A DNA stretch of 64,000 nucleotides from contig OX597815.1 of the NCBI GenBank assembly GCA_951406725.2, positions 60,822,001 through 60,886,000 of the forward strand, in the 5' to 3' direction. Both the position numbers and the translations under genes were made by a program. The DNA is from Octopus vulgaris (lineage: Eukaryota). Numbering within the stretch: position 1 is the stretch's first letter; each line of letters opens with the position of its first letter. Below the pieces are notes generated by a model that was not told the origin of the DNA, made no database searches, and saw nothing but the letters and a program-made list of their open reading frames with translations. Positions 13,301-27,400 of the stretch are shown in pieces.

Positions 13301-14516
13301 TCTTACTGATGTTTAATCGTGAGATCAGGTCATAAAATAAGAGATGATTTAATCGCCGTCAAAGTGTGACTACTATTTATTTTATTAAATTAAATCTTAC
13401 CCGTTGTGAAACGAGCACAGAATGTACAGAGCACAAGTCCACAGTTTTTTGTGGGGTTGCGGCACAATAGTTTAAATTATCCTTAGTATTTGATAGTTAA
13501 TTAATATCGGGACGATGATTTAAAAAATAGTCCCCTCTCCATAACTTTCGTAGGGTGGGTACAATCGATTAAACAAGTTCAATTATTTGAATAGCTCTTT
13601 AATGTATAGAAGCTCCCTACCAGTCTCAAAATATTTTCCGTTTGAAATGTCTCCTTCAGTGGGTTTGAAATAGGAACCAGCAGGATTGTAAGTAAACATC
13701 ACAAGCTATTTTATCTGAAGCTTTAACGTTTTTCTTGGTTTACGATCAACGTATTCTAGTAATGATATTCCTTCATTTTTTTTCTTGGAGTGAAAGAATG
13801 ATATCCCTTATTCAAACCACACTCCTTCTTCTCATATATCCTCTGATCTTTAATGATATCTACGGAATCTACTCACAGTGGGGTTTCAGATCAACTTGTC
13901 TTGAGGGAGATTCTTCTCCAAGTAATTGCCTTTTTTCCCTAATTCTCGACACAATACTTTCGCAGCTAATATTCTTACTCCCCCGCCAATACATTAATAG
14001 TTGTACTGTTTGCTTTTTGTTTTGTGTTTTGCTTTTTGTTTTGTAATTTGCTTTTTGTTTTGTGTTTTGCTTTTTATTTTGTGCTTTGCTTTTTGTTTCG
14101 CTATCCTATGAAGGCCCATAAATATGCATTTTATGCAAATGTATTTTTGTTTTGGCTGTTAGTTTCACTGATGTTGTTATCGCCACTGTGGTCGTGCCGG
14201 TCTTATTATTGCTGCAGTCATTTCTAGCAGTCTGCGTCACCATTATTGATTCTACTGTGAATATTGTCGTTATTCCTCTTGTAACTTTGGCTGCAAATGT
14301 TACTATTAGAATTATTGATGCTATTTGGACAGATGGCCGCAATGATTCGAGTTAACTCTCTTTTCCTCTCGGGGAAAAAGCTAGCTGCGACCATTAAGGG
14401 AGCTCTCCATCACCCTCTACCACTGTTATCACTGGAAACATGTTGGAATGTATTTCTGTATTTCTACTATGAGAGTAGAAACAAATAACAATTAACTCCC
14501 TTTAATGGGGGAAACA

Positions 14517-14563
<47 letters not shown>

Positions 14564-16092
14564 TACTATTAAACCCACCTCACTTCCTTGATATAATAAC
14601 AACAGTACAACAAACACTTGACAACTTTAACTTACGTCAAGTAAACAAATATTATAAGAAGTCAAAGAAGCATAGCTTTGGAACAAGTCTTTTGGCAAAA
14701 AATACTTCCACAACATTAATAATGACGAAGAGAAAATTACTAAACGTTGAAGTAGGTCACAGTTTTTCGGAATTAAGTATGGCTGGTTGAATTATTAACA
14801 GTTTATAACTGATACAATTTTATTGATCCGAAAAGATGAGTTGTAACGATCATGAATTTCCTAAGGACCGTAAGTAATATCAGTCACAACAAATATCGAG
14901 ACCGTGTCGCACATTCCGGCCCTCTATTTGTAGACCACGGCAAGGATCCATCATTATGGTAATGATAATAAACTAATGATGGTGAAGGCAGGAGATGTAA
15001 GTTACGAATAAATTTCATGCACTTACAATCAACGTCGTGTGTCATGAGCCAAAGAGGGAACGTCTATGTGGCTTCTCGACATTGTAAAATTAATAAACAA
15101 AGCTCACTCAAATCATATCCTACTGTCTCAGAAAAGAACACTTTGAGTAATATCATCCTGGAGGAAAAGTAGGATGACTACAGTTGTATTGCTTTAATCA
15201 AAATCTCTTTGATCGTGACTGACCTGTAGCTAAACAATAGCAGTAACCTCGAATGACTTCATATAACGTAGAGGTCGTTCTCGAAATAGGTAACCAGCTG
15301 TGTATATAACTTACATGGGCAGATGTGGTGGTGGTGTGGTGGAGATCATTTGTTGCTGATGTGTAACTCTAACTCAGCTCTGATAAAGCAGTCTGTTGAC
15401 CCTCAGGTAAACAGCTGAGACAACCCACAAATATTGCTGGTGTGTTTGTGTCTCAGCCTGAATGCTGAACACTCTAAGATGCAGGGAAAAATTGTATGGA
15501 GAATGTTATTCTGGACATGTTACCACCTCTCCATTGTCCTGTTTATTTCTGCATGTTTGCAGGCTCTTGTGCAACCTAGAGAAATAAACTCAGTGAGGGC
15601 GCTATCATTGCTCTCCCTCTGTTCATAATGTTGGTGACGTATATTCTAGTTTTGTGGTGGTGAAACTATTGATGTAGCTATTTAGATGACCTGTTGTGTA
15701 GCGCGATGACTAGTTCTGTAAATATCCGGTCACTTGCGTAGTTAAGAGGTCATCTGTGTAGACTGGAAATTAATGTTTTATATAACTGATGAATTTGATA
15801 CCAATGACTAAACCCTTTGTTCGTAATCCGCAAGTCACTTCGAATTTCCAATTGACGGCAAATTTCTACTTTTACATTGCCATTTTTACAACGTGATTTG
15901 GTGAAGCAAGTCGGAGGAAGTACATATACACACGTACACACATATGCACATTCACTCCCTCCAACTACAAACACATATATTCATAGACACACACAAGACT
16001 AGGCCTAAGCCGCATATGCACACAGATACACTTATACAGAAACATGGACTTACACACAAATAAGCGAAGTTTCGCTCTCTCTCTCTCAATCT

Positions 16093-16134
<42 letters not shown>

Positions 16135-16329
16135 TTCCATCTGTGTACACTTAGGAACATCTTAAGTCTATTTTCTCATAATTTAACATATTCAAACGCA
16201 TAGGCATATATTCACATGCGCATTCATAGTCTTCAACTCACGCACATATGCATATGTGTATATTTGTGTATACATATACCAACACACACACATACATACA
16301 TACATGCATACATACATACATACATGCAT

Positions 16330-16431
<102 letters not shown>

Positions 16432-16596
16432 AGTACCGTCAAAATGTTTCTACTCCTGCCGCCTTGCAATAATTTTAATGCTTTCTCTTAAAGCCTCCTC
16501 TTAATTTTGCATTTGCATTTCCTGTTATTCTTTGCTCAGTTGTTTCTATTTGTTGTTCATTTCCACTCAAAACTCTTTCATTATATTCTGACAAAC

Positions 16597-16809
16597 AAAG
16601 TGGCCATCTGGCAGAATCGTTAGCACGCGGGGCGAAATGTTTAATGGGATTTCGTCTGTCTTTATGTTCTGAGATCAAATTTCGCCGTGGTCAACTCTTT
16701 TATCCTTTTGGGTGGTCGATAAATTAAGTACCAGTTGCGTACTGGGGTCGATCTAATGGACTGCCCCGCCTCCACAAAAATTTCGCGCCTTGTTCCTAGA
16801 GTAGAATAG
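16597..16809 (+). mobile_element. tRNA-derived SINE with 17-bp target-site duplication
   Basis: TSD ATTATATTCTGACAAAC at 16580-16596 and 16810-16826. Central block TCCTTT..GGTCGATAAATTAAGTACCAG. Homologous to 16880-17110. Confidence 0.85.
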
Positions 16810-16879
16810 ATTATATTCTGACAAACCTTCTGTGTGTGTGTGTGTGTGTGTGTATGTGTGTGTATGTGTGTGTGTGTAT

Positions 16880-17109
16880 GGCGGCGAGCTGGCAGACACG
16901 TTAGCTCGCCGGGCGAAATGCTTAGCGGTATTTCGTCTGTCGTTACGTTCTGAGTTCAAATTCCACCGAGGCCGACTTTGTCTTTCATCCTTTCGGGCTC
17001 GATAAATAAAGTACCAGTTTCGCACTGGGTGTCGATGTAATCGACTTAGTCCCTTTGTCTGTCCTTGTTTGTCCCCTCTATGTTTAGCCCCTTGTGGGCA
17101 ATAAAGAAA

Positions 17110-17110
<1 letters not shown>
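16880..17110 (+). mobile_element. tRNA-derived SINE (same head and central domain, different tail)
   Basis: A-box-like TGGCAGACACG, B-box-like GAGTTCAAATTCC, central CTTTCATCCTTTCGGG.TCGATAAA. Confidence 0.85.
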
Positions 17111-17156
<46 letters not shown>

Positions 17157-17290
17157 CTGAGCTAGTGTATGTTTGTATATATATATATACCAGAGTAAGG
17201 CACATAAATGCGAAACAGAGTGGAAAAAAAAGTACTCGAATACCAGAGGTAGATTAATATGCTTTATTAAAAAGCAGCAAAAATATCACA

Positions 17291-17336
17291 AAAACTGTTA
17301 CTCAGAGTTTCACGTTCCCGTTCGTCGGACAGTTTT
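17291..17336 (-). ncRNA. Minimal hammerhead ribozyme, U4C core variant
   Basis: Minus strand: AAAACTGT-CCGACGA-ACG-GGAA-CGT-GAAA-CTC-T-GAG-TA-ACAGTTTT, with an 8-bp stem I. Lies in a tail that starts at (TA)n near 17190. Confidence 0.7.
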
Positions 17337-18390
17337 GTTTAGAATGGAGCAAGATAAAGTTATTTTCCAAAATACAATTACTTTGATAAATACACATTTG
17401 AAAATGGTTTTGTTTCAACCAACGGTCGTTTCATCTAACGACCTTTTCAATAACGGGTTGCATGAAATTACAACTGCGGTTTAAAATCAAATTATTATAA
17501 AAATCGAAAAAAAAACTAATATCAAAAATAACTTATGTAGAAGGGAAAAGGCCTGAATACCCAGCGTAAATAATTAGTGGTAAAATTAATAATAAGTTAA
17601 AAGATATATCCGTTTAAAAATCTTTCACGCTAAAATACAAATACATTTAGCAATACTTATGCATGCCAATCAGCCGATAATATACGTATATAAACAAAAC
17701 ATACAGTCGTTGGTGCATAGTTACATACATGTACATACATATATGGGCAAAACATAAATATATACAAATGCATATACATTTATGCACGCACACACACGCT
17801 CGTGCATAAACCTCCTGGTCTATGCCTATACAATTTAGTTGTTAAAGGTGAAGGAAAGAAAGAAAAGGAAAAATATCAGAGATTAACAAGTGTTGGGAGA
17901 AAGAAAAAAGGGAAAAGAAGAAAAGAAATGAAAAAAAAGAAACAGAAAATTAGAGAGAAAAGGGGAAAATAAACAGAGGTAGAGAGAGGAAATGATTGGC
18001 GTTCCTATAAGTTTCTAACGAAAGTTAGATACTTCGTTCAGCTTGCAAAATGCTAACATAAGGCAACATATTCGCAAATACATACCCATATATATATATT
18101 TAAAATTGAAAAAAGTTAGAAATTGATATTAATCAATTAAAACCAGTGGCCTAGCATATTAAAGAAATCTGAAGATTAAAATATTTTTACATACAAAATT
18201 TAAAGGACTGACCACTAAAAGTGGACGGTCAATATGCTAGATATAGACATCAAAATCGCCATTTTCCACAAAGAATGTGTTCTCAAATAAAAACTCAGCA
18301 CAAACCAAAGTGTAAAAAAAGCAAGACAAATGAAAATATACGAAATAATAACGATTACCTATGTACCGATCAGTTTACCCATATATATAT

Positions 18391-21247
18391 GGTGCGGATC
18401 GTGCAGATCGTACAAACCGAAATAAGGGAGGGACAGCCATCTTTATCCATGACTCCTTCTCACTTGATGCCAAGGACATATTTTCCAATGGCTATTGTGA
18501 ATCTGTATCACTATTCAGCAAGGCCAAGGACATAGTCATTGTTGGTCTTTACAGGCCTCCCCAAGCACCTTTAAAGTGCTTTGAAGAGTGCCTTAGCAAA
18601 GTCAAGTCCTTCCTTCGGAAGTACCACTCCGGAAACATACTAGTGATGGGTGATTTTAACCTCCCTCATGTGAATTGGCCCACAAATCGTCTGAAGTTAG
18701 GCAAGTGCTCTACATCAGATAGAGCAGCAGCGGAACTGCTCTTTAATCTAATGGATGAATACTTCCTGACTCAGCTAGTGCTCGAACCAACGAGTTAGAA
18801 TAAAACGATCTTGGATCTGGTATTGACCAATCACTCTAGCTTCGTTCACAGTATTTCAGTTGAAAAAACTCTCCTCTCAGATCACGACATGGTACTCTGC
18901 AATTTCAATTCCCGACATATAAAAACCAAACCAGCCAATCCCACTCCATGGCACTCATTTGATAACATAAACTTCCACAAAGCGGACTGGGGAGCAATCA
19001 GAAAGGATCTGTCTTTCATCGACTGGTCTTTTACTCTCAATTCCACCCATATTGACCCGCATGGCAGCACTTTGAAAACATTGTCACATATACATGCTCT
19101 AAACACGCTCCCACGAAATCTACTAACACAAACAGAAATCGGCTCCCTAAAAAGAAAAAACACTCATCAGGCGCATCAAAAGACTTAACAAAAAAATCAA
19201 CCAATTAAAATATTCCCACAAACAACATCCACGTTCAACAACAATGAAAAGGCTAGAGCTGGAAAAACTTCATCTGCAGAACGACATGAAAACCTCCATT
19301 GAAAATCAAAGAGCTGCGGAGGAACAGTGGGTAATCAAAAACATCAAACAGAACCCAAAAGTGTTCTATTCCTATGCAAATAAGCATAGAACCACTGTCT
19401 CACCCATTGGGCCATTGATTGACGCTAACGGCATTCCCCAACACGATGCTAAAGAAATGGCAGAAATACTGCAGAAACAATACTGCTGTCTTTAGTGTTC
19501 CCACTGATATTGACGTTAGAGAAGCGAACGAAGTTGACTCTCAACATAAAATCTCGGACATAACCTTCACTGCCACTGACATCATAGCAGCAATAAATGA
19601 GGTCAAATACTACTCTGCTGTAGGCCCTGATAGATTCCCCGCTAGTCTCCTGAAGGAATGTAGACACCAACTTGCAGTCCCTCTGACCAACCTCTGGAGA
19701 AATTCGTTAGATGCAGGTTATATACCAAAACAGTTTCTATCTCAGTCAGTCATCTCGGTTTTCAAACAGGGAAACAGATCCCTCGCACTCAACTATCGCC
19801 CAATCTCACTCACCTCCCACATCATCAAAGTGTTTGAAAGAGTGTTAAGATCAAGGATGGCTGACTTCCTGGAGACCCAGAAACTCCTAAATGCAAATCA
19901 GCATGGCTTTCGCTGTGGCAGGGACCGTCTAACACAGCTCTTACACCACATTGAAGATGTACTATAAAGCCTTGGGAACAGGTTCGAACTCTGATGTCAT
20001 ATATCTTGACTTCAGTAAAGCGTTCGACAGGGTAGACCATAATATCCTACTCTCAAAATTGGCAAATGTTGGAATCCGTGGAAAAGTTCTACACTGGATC
20101 AAGTATTTCCTGGCGAATAGAACACAACATGTTGTAGTTGATGGAGTCCACTCAAGCCCAGCAAAAGTCACCAGCGGTGTCCCCCAGGGGGCTGTCTTGG
20201 GTCCGCTACTCTTCATAATCTACATAAACGACCTTTCCATTGTCGTACATTACTGCAAAGTGAAAATATTTGCTGATGACACCAAGCTCCAGCAAATCGT
20301 CAATGAAGAAGCAGACCGAACTCAACTCCAGTCTGATCTATATGCTGTGAGTCAATGGGCAGACAGAAACAAAATGCAACTGAACGAGGGAAAATTTGAG
20401 CTGATGCATTTTGGAAGAAACTCCTCACTAAAACAGCCATACTCTCTTCCTTCAGGGAAACCGCTCACAGCCTCTAACAACATCAGAGACCTAGGTGTAA
20501 TTGTTGATGACGATCTCAGTTGGAGTGCACACATCAACAAGAAGGTCGATATAGCTCGTAGGATGAGTTCTGGATCTTAAGAACTTTCCGGTCCAGAGAA
20601 CAAGGTGTCATCATACCACTCTTCTCCTCCTTTGTACGGGCACACCTCGAATACTGCTGCCCACTGTGGTCTCCCCATACAAGACAAAACATCTCGAGGA
20701 TTGAATCACCCCAGAGAGCACTCACTAAACGAATTGAAGGCATGGCTGCTCTCGATTATTGGGATCGCCTTAAAGCCTTGAAACTCTACTCTCTCCAGCG
20801 TCGCCGTGAGCGGTACATCATTTGTACGATGTGGAGAATATACCGCCAACTTTGCCCAAACGACCTGAACATAAGCTTCAAGGTTCATCCAAGACTGGGA
20901 CCACGGGTCATACGTCCCCTGCCCAATTCAAGATTACAGCATACATATACACTACAACATACTTTCTTTTCCTCAACAGGCCCTGCCCTATTTAACATTG
21001 TCCCGAAAGAGATCAAAGAGGAACTGGATCCCATCAACTTTAAACGGAGTCTGGATAGATTCCTTCAAAGAATACCAGATAAGCCACCCATAATTGGATA
21101 CAACTCACCCAACAAAAACTCACTACTTGAATGGACCATAAGCAAAACTTGACTTAAACAGGATTCAAATAATTCTATCAGGTGGTGCTATTAAGTTAGA
21201 CATGGCTTGGACCAATCATTGGTCGAAACACATCTAAGTTTATCTAA

Positions 21248-21250
<3 letters not shown>
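18391..21250 (+). mobile_element. CR1/L2-group LINE, 5'-truncated, APE endonuclease + RT, frameshifted
   Basis: EN motifs GGTAIFI, GLYRPP, MGDFNLP, DLVLT, SDH. RT motifs [31 protein letters not shown]. 3' stem-loop GACCAAT/ATTGGTC-GAAAC and a TCTAAGTT tail repeat. Confidence 0.95.
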
Positions 21251-21329
<79 letters not shown>

Positions 21330-21399
21330 CATACATACATACATTACATGCATATACACATACCTACAATACATACACACACATATATATATATATAAA

Positions 21400-23250
21400 C
21401 ATATCTTCACATCAAGATAAGTATATCATACTATATATAGGTAAACAGACATTTTAAAAAATTGTCTGGTATATATGTAATATTAAAATGTAAAAATGAA
21501 GAAACTGCACAATAAATCACATAATTAAAAGCCTGAATAAACCATACAAATAAAAATAAAGTAAAAAAACAGTCGAAGGCTTTCTTAAAAGTCGGATGTA
21601 AATATAAACTGTAAAGTCGAAATATATACTAGCATTGTAATACATAAGGTGTAAAGTCAAATTCAAATGAGATGAAAGTCAAAACAATTTACCCATACGG
21701 TATTTTATCGATTGACATTTTAAACTTCACGTCGAGCCTGCAGGAATTTAAAAGCTCGCGCCTCTGGTTCAAAGCATGTTTATCCTGGAACAGGATGAAG
21801 AACTTTTCTGAGAGGCAAAGATAGCACTTCATGGGTCTTTTATAAACTCTATGTCTGTATGATGATGCTTTTTCTAAAATTTCCCAGGTAATATTGAAAG
21901 GACAGGTGTCATTCTCTTCCAAATCCCAGACATGCTGTCCTATTCTCGGTGTATCGAAAAGAATTTCAGTGAGAATAAAACCGAGTTTGAATGAATTTTC
22001 CGAATCCCATGTGTAAGTTTTATATTCTTGTGAGCCATCTACTTGCACTTTGGCTCTATAAACGATTACTTTTCAATACATTTACGTTCCAACGGACAGC
22101 AAGTCTTATCTTTGAAGTTGCAGTTTCTCAGATTAGATTCGGCACTGTGGCTGTTTGTAATACTTTTTGTGTTACGCTGATTAATAAGAGACGAAGCTTT
22201 TGCAACAAGAATAGCTAACCTTCAGTGTTATCTTATTCAAAAATCTATAGAACTTATGGCTAGATTGAAAATGTTTAGTTTTTACGGCCATATTAAATAC
22301 AGGATTAAACCACAAAACTTTCCTAGTTCTAGTTTTACGTGGTCTAATATTTTCAGAATTAGCTTGACTATACCGGATCTTCTCCGAGAATCTACTTTCC
22401 CTTAATGCATTATTATAATACGGTGCGGCATTTTGAAATGCTGCCTCATTTGAAGATATTATTAATATGCGCCTTCCTATATTACTAATTAAGTTCTTAA
22501 GAATTACGGGTAGATGATTTGATTCGTTGCTAATATAACAGCTTTTGATTGGGCTTGCGATAGGATTTTAACTTAACTAATTGCAAATCTAAGTTGATAT
22601 CTAAAATATCTACATTATTAAGGTTACTTTCTATCGTAATCCGTAAGTCCATTCTTTGGAAGAAAGTAATCAGATTCTTCCTAAGTTTATTCAACTCATG
22701 GCCATTTAAATTATAGATGACTATAAGACTGTCATCCCTGCATAATCGTGGATCTATAAAAGGGAATTCTAGATGCAGTTATGCAAAATATAAGTTTCTA
22801 TAAGTACACAGCTCCACCTCATCATATGCCCCCATCGGTACATCGAACAGAGAATCCTCACTCTCTTAGACCCAGGTAGAATCATCGTATAGAAAGAGGG
22901 ATTTCTTTGCATGCAGGATAACATCTATTTCCGAGCTATCGATGATGACTTACTGCTTAGCGAAGTCTAATGCATTTATAAGTAAAGGCCTAGATATTGA
23001 CGAGTAAAAATCGACAGTATCGAACTGCTTATATATGCAGTTATGCTTATGACTAATTCCTTTGAACCAATCTATCACTGACTTGCTTTTTTTTCCAAAT
23101 CCGTAAATTTAATTCACTATTTAACTTTCTTAAAATACGATCTAAAATATATTTGCTAATAATGTCTATCTTAGCTGGACTAATTAGTCTACATTTAGGG
23201 TTTCTATTGAAATTAGCTCTGTGGTCTTTCAGGGTATATATAAAAGCAAA
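21400..23250 (-). mobile_element. Penelope-like element (Penelope/Poseidon-type), decayed RT + GIY-YIG
   Basis: QFDTVDFYSSI, LFDVPMGAYDEVELC, RDD-like motif; C-terminal ITWEILEKA..CYLCLSEKFFIL..LNQRRELLNSCR. Confidence 0.85.
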
Positions 23251-23755
23251 CTTATATATATATATGAAAGCAAGTTTCTTTGCATTATGAACTTAAGTGT
23301 AAGACCTTCTCTGCTCTGATGACGGAGGCTCAACTCATCCTCCGTCAAATGCATCCATACGGCCACATATTGTGATGAGCTAAATCTACCAACATTACTA
23401 GGGATCGCCGAGACCTTGGAAACAGCTGTTGGACTTATAATAGCTTTCTTCTACGCCTTTAATTTTTTCTCTCATTTCTACTCTGTGTAAGTTGGCCCTA
23501 TTAATATACATATCTATATATTTATACATAAAAATTCATCGTCTGAAAGTCCCCACCTCTTGCTTTCTCTCATTTTACATGTATCCCTTGATCCCTCTTA
23601 TAACCTTTCTTTACTTTATGGAATAATCCCCTCTAAAGACATCGGAGTGTAAGTTTCAATCTTTTGATCACTACTAAATACCTGCTATACGAATATCTGG
23701 ATCTCATCTGTGAATTAAATGTGTGTGTGTGTGAGTGAGTGAGTATGTGTGTGTG

Positions 23756-23857
<102 letters not shown>

Positions 23858-24255
23858 TGTATGTATGTATGTATGTATGTATGTATGTATGTATGTATAT
23901 ACACATATGTACAATAATTTAGATATATATTTCCTGTGTATTGTGTTGAACAAGGAAGAAAGCCTGTTTATGGCTTTAATCCAGAAATTGGAACCAATTC
24001 ACAATTAACGTGAGGTCTTTTTAATATTCTTTCACTAGCCCGCTTTCAGCCATGTATATATTTATCTGGTGTTTTGGGAAATTTTTTGAAGGTCTCGGCA
24101 CTTCAAGCATGCTGCAGATAGGTCGTTTTCGCCCTTGCTCCCTTAATATAATTATATACATATGTATATTATTATTAATTTAATGTATAAATTGCTTATA
24201 AATTGTTATAGCATGCTGACTACCTGATAAAAATCCTTAACATGATTTTTATCCT

Positions 24256-24290
<35 letters not shown>

Positions 24291-24373
24291 AAGGGTGAAA
24301 AGGAACACACGAGTTGATATATATGAAAAAACAAGTCAAAATAGAAAATGCTAAAATAATTTTATAAAGAACA

Positions 24374-24417
24374 TTTCAGTACCGGTTTCGGCCATTTTGA
24401 GACCTTTTCAACTGTAA
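24374..24417 (-). ncRNA. Minimal hammerhead ribozyme with compensatory U3-A8 core
   Basis: Minus strand: CAG-TTGAAAA-GGTC-TCAAAAT-GGCC-GAAA-CCGG-TA-CTG. Palindromic helix III ACCGGT. Confidence 0.7.
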
Positions 24418-24767
24418 CGATTAAATAATTAAATTTAGAAAAATTAGAAGAAATGTTTTTTTAAAGGAATATTTGTATAGTGTTCAGATATAAGTGGCAT
24501 TCTGCCTTTCTCTGACTCCCTTGTTTGCACTTGTGTGTTCGAGGTCGATGTGAATTCTTGGTAGGGTAGAAGAAGAAGAAGGCTGATGAGGAGAGGGGTG
24601 GAAAAATTTGGGAGTGCCTTGATTGTTGTATTTTGAATGGTCAGTGACGGCTAGCAGTTGCAGTTCAATTCAGGAGAATATTTCTATTGAGAGGTTTGTT
24701 TATGGAATTTGCGTAGGTGTTTTACTAAAAAGCATTAGTGATAAAGTTAAGAGGTAGAAGGTGGAGC

Positions 24768-24863
24768 AGAAGAAGAAGAAGAAGAAGAAGAAGAAGAAGA
24801 AGAAGAAGAAGAAGAAGAAGAAGAAGAAGAAGAAGAAGAAGAAGAAGAAGAAGATGACGATGT

Positions 24864-24895
<32 letters not shown>

Positions 24896-25035
24896 TTGAT
24901 GATGATGATGAAGAAGGAGAAGAAGAAGAAGAAGGAGAAGGAGAAGAAGAAAATGATGATGATGATGGTGGTGATGATGATGACGACGATGATGATGATG
25001 ATGATGATGAAGAAGAAGAGGAAGAAGAAGAAAAC
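24768..25035. repeat. (GAA)n/(GAT)n compound microsatellite inside the PLE 3' UTR
   Basis: Directly visible. Confidence 0.95.
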
Positions 25036-25188
25036 AGAGAAGGGAGAATATGAATGGGTGAAAGTAGTGAGGTGTTGTATGAAGTTTGCATGTTATGGAT
25101 TATAGCTGTGATTGGGGCTGATTAGTAATGGATTCTTTGGAATGTAATATTTGTGTGTGTATTTCTTTTATTCTAAAGTTGAGGTATA

Positions 25189-26951
25189 TTAATCGTTTGT
25201 CGTAGACCCGTTAAGAAGTGGCCTGTATTTTGTAATAAAGAGAGTTTCTTTACTTATTCGTTGTCTCGAGGTTGTATCGTCCCTAAATTGGTAGAGGGGA
25301 AAATCCTGAAGCTTGGTGTTTTGTTGTTGGCGCAAGTATCTATGTGTTGGCTAAAAGCTATTTTTCTGTTTTGGGGAATTTTTATCTGGGATCTGTGCAG
25401 GGCCATTCTTTTACGCAAACTATTTTTTGCTTGGCCTATGTACTGCTCTTGACACCCGGAGCAGGTTAGTGAGTATATTAGGTTCTCCGAAGCACATGTG
25501 AAGTTGCTTTTCACTGTAAACCGTTGTCCCTGTTTGAAGGAGAACTCTGATCCCTCAATTAGATAGTCGCATATCCCGCAATTGGGTCTTCCACATTTTT
25601 TTACTGTCGGCTTCTGTGTTGAAGAGTGAATTCGGGCTTGTGTTAGGAGACTTTTCATGGATTTAGGCTGTCTCTTGCTTTTTATGATCGTGTGTGTTTG
25701 GAGGATTGTGTTCATTCTGTGGTCTTTTTTTAGGAGGGGCATGTTGTGGAGGATGGTGCCGAAGGCTTCGTTATTGAGAGGGTTGTGTGTGGAGATGTAT
25801 GGTAAGGCTTTTGGTCGTAAGTTTTTCTTTGATTTGGGATGTCTCAGTTCCTTGATGTTAAGTTGAAGGGCACGTTGAATGCACTTGTCAATAAGTGAAG
25901 GTGGATAGTTCCTGGTGATAAGGGTATCTTTTAGTTCTTGTAGTCGTGTGTCTCTGGTGTTTGCATTAGAGACTATAGTGCATATCCTTTTTGCTAGATT
26001 GAAGGGGATATTCATCCTGGTGTGTCTGGGGTGGCATGAATTGAATGGAAGATATTGCTTAGAGTCTGTAGGCTTATAATATATGTCTGTTTCTATTACA
26101 TTATTAGGTTTTTTAATGAGGATATCGAGGAAGGGGAGTAGTTGCTGGCTATATTCCATCGTGAATTGGATGTTTACGTCCAGTCCGTTTAAAATTTCCT
26201 GGAATTCTATGAGTTTTTCTATATTTTTATGCCAAAGAATGAAACAGTCATCTAGATATCTCTTCCAGTTGTTTTCTATGTAGATGGAGAAAGGGCTGCC
26301 ATATCTTTCTAGAACCTTACGATACAGACTGATCTCTAGATATCCTATGACTAGGTTGGCAAAGGAGGGGGCCATTCGTGTACCCATCGCAGTCCCCGAT
26401 TTTTGTCGGTAGAAGTTGTCATTGAAGGCGAAGAAGTTATTTTCCAGGATGAATTTAACCCCTTCTATCACGAATTCTTTTTTGATGCGATGTGGTAGTT
26501 CGTTGGCGTGATTCTCTAGCCAGAATTGGATTGCCTCTAGTCCTAGGTTGTGGGGGATATTGGAGTAGAGGTTGACTACATCGAAGGATACCAGTATGGT
26601 GTTTTTGTTTATAGTATTCGGTAGGTGATTGAGCATATCCAAGTCGTCCCTTATATAGCTTTTGACATGTTTGAGGAGTGGTTTTAACAGGGTGTCTAAA
26701 ACGTTACTGAGGCGGTGGGTTTCGCATGCGGGACCTGCTATTATGGGTCTCAATTTGAGGTCATTAGGATTAGGGACTTTAATTATTTTGTCTGTAGCTA
26801 TCTTGCATGCGTTGCTTATTTTCTCACTTTTGTGTATCTTAGGTATACCGTAGAATTGGCTGGTTTTACTTGTGAAATTGGTCATATAATCATATTCTTT
26901 GTCGGTGAGCCCTGCTTTGTATGGGTTTAACATGGATTTTAGTTCCCTCAT
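25189..26951 (-). CDS. PLE polyprotein fragment: reverse transcriptase + GIY-YIG endonuclease
   Basis: 565-aa open frame with FYGIPKIHK, LRPII, SFDVVNLY, GTAMGTRMAP, WKRYLDD, FLD, YYKPTD, CGRPNCGIC, NLIYSLTCSGCQEQYIGQ. The true C-terminus (RISKETLFITKYRPLLN) is in another frame after the G-run at 25296-25299; stop near 25189. N-terminus missing. Confidence 0.9.
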
Positions 26952-27295
26952 TATTTTTTGTTGACTGTAGTTTTGTGCCTTTTCATATATATATATAATA
27001 TATATATATATTTATACACACACACACACATATATATATAAGCACATATACATATATCTGTCTATTTATCTGTGTGTGTGTGTGTGTGTGTGTATGCATG
27101 TATGTAAGGAATTTTATACGAGCAACAGAGTCGAAAGACCCTCACGAAGCATCTACAGCGAGCTCAGGAGAAACCCGAAGAGAGAAGGAATAGACTTGAT
27201 GATATTCAAACACAAGTTTCTGTCGCTCGGACTCAGAAGACACCTGAGCGTAAGATGCATCGATTAAATGATAAGCGCATAAGATTCAGGAGACA

Positions 27296-27400
27296 ATGTC
27301 CAATTTCAATTCAAATGACTTCAATTCCCAGTGAATCTTAGTGTTGCCATCAACAAATCGCAAGAGCAAATATTTTTGGTTGCTGGTTTACACCTTGAAC
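27296..27400 (+). pseudogene. Helitron PIF1-like helicase C-terminal fragment
   Basis: QFK*LQFPVNLSVAINKSQEQIFLVAGLHL resembles the FKRLQFPV..AMTINKSQGQ helicase motif. Confidence 0.65.

Larger units (their letters stand above)
24292..26984 (-). mobile_element. Neptune-type Penelope-like element, 5'-truncated, inserted in (TA)n
   Basis: ORF 25254-26951, 3' UTR with a (GAA)n/(GAT)n tract, HHR at 24374-24417, TA repeats at both ends. Confidence 0.9.

Noticed and set aside
24747-25105. Poly-Ser and poly-Lys/Met ORFs
   Set aside because: Translation of a (GAA)n/(GAT)n microsatellite.
25254-26951. Telomerase reverse transcriptase
   Set aside because: The C-terminal GIY-YIG domain and the HHR-bearing tail identify a PLE.
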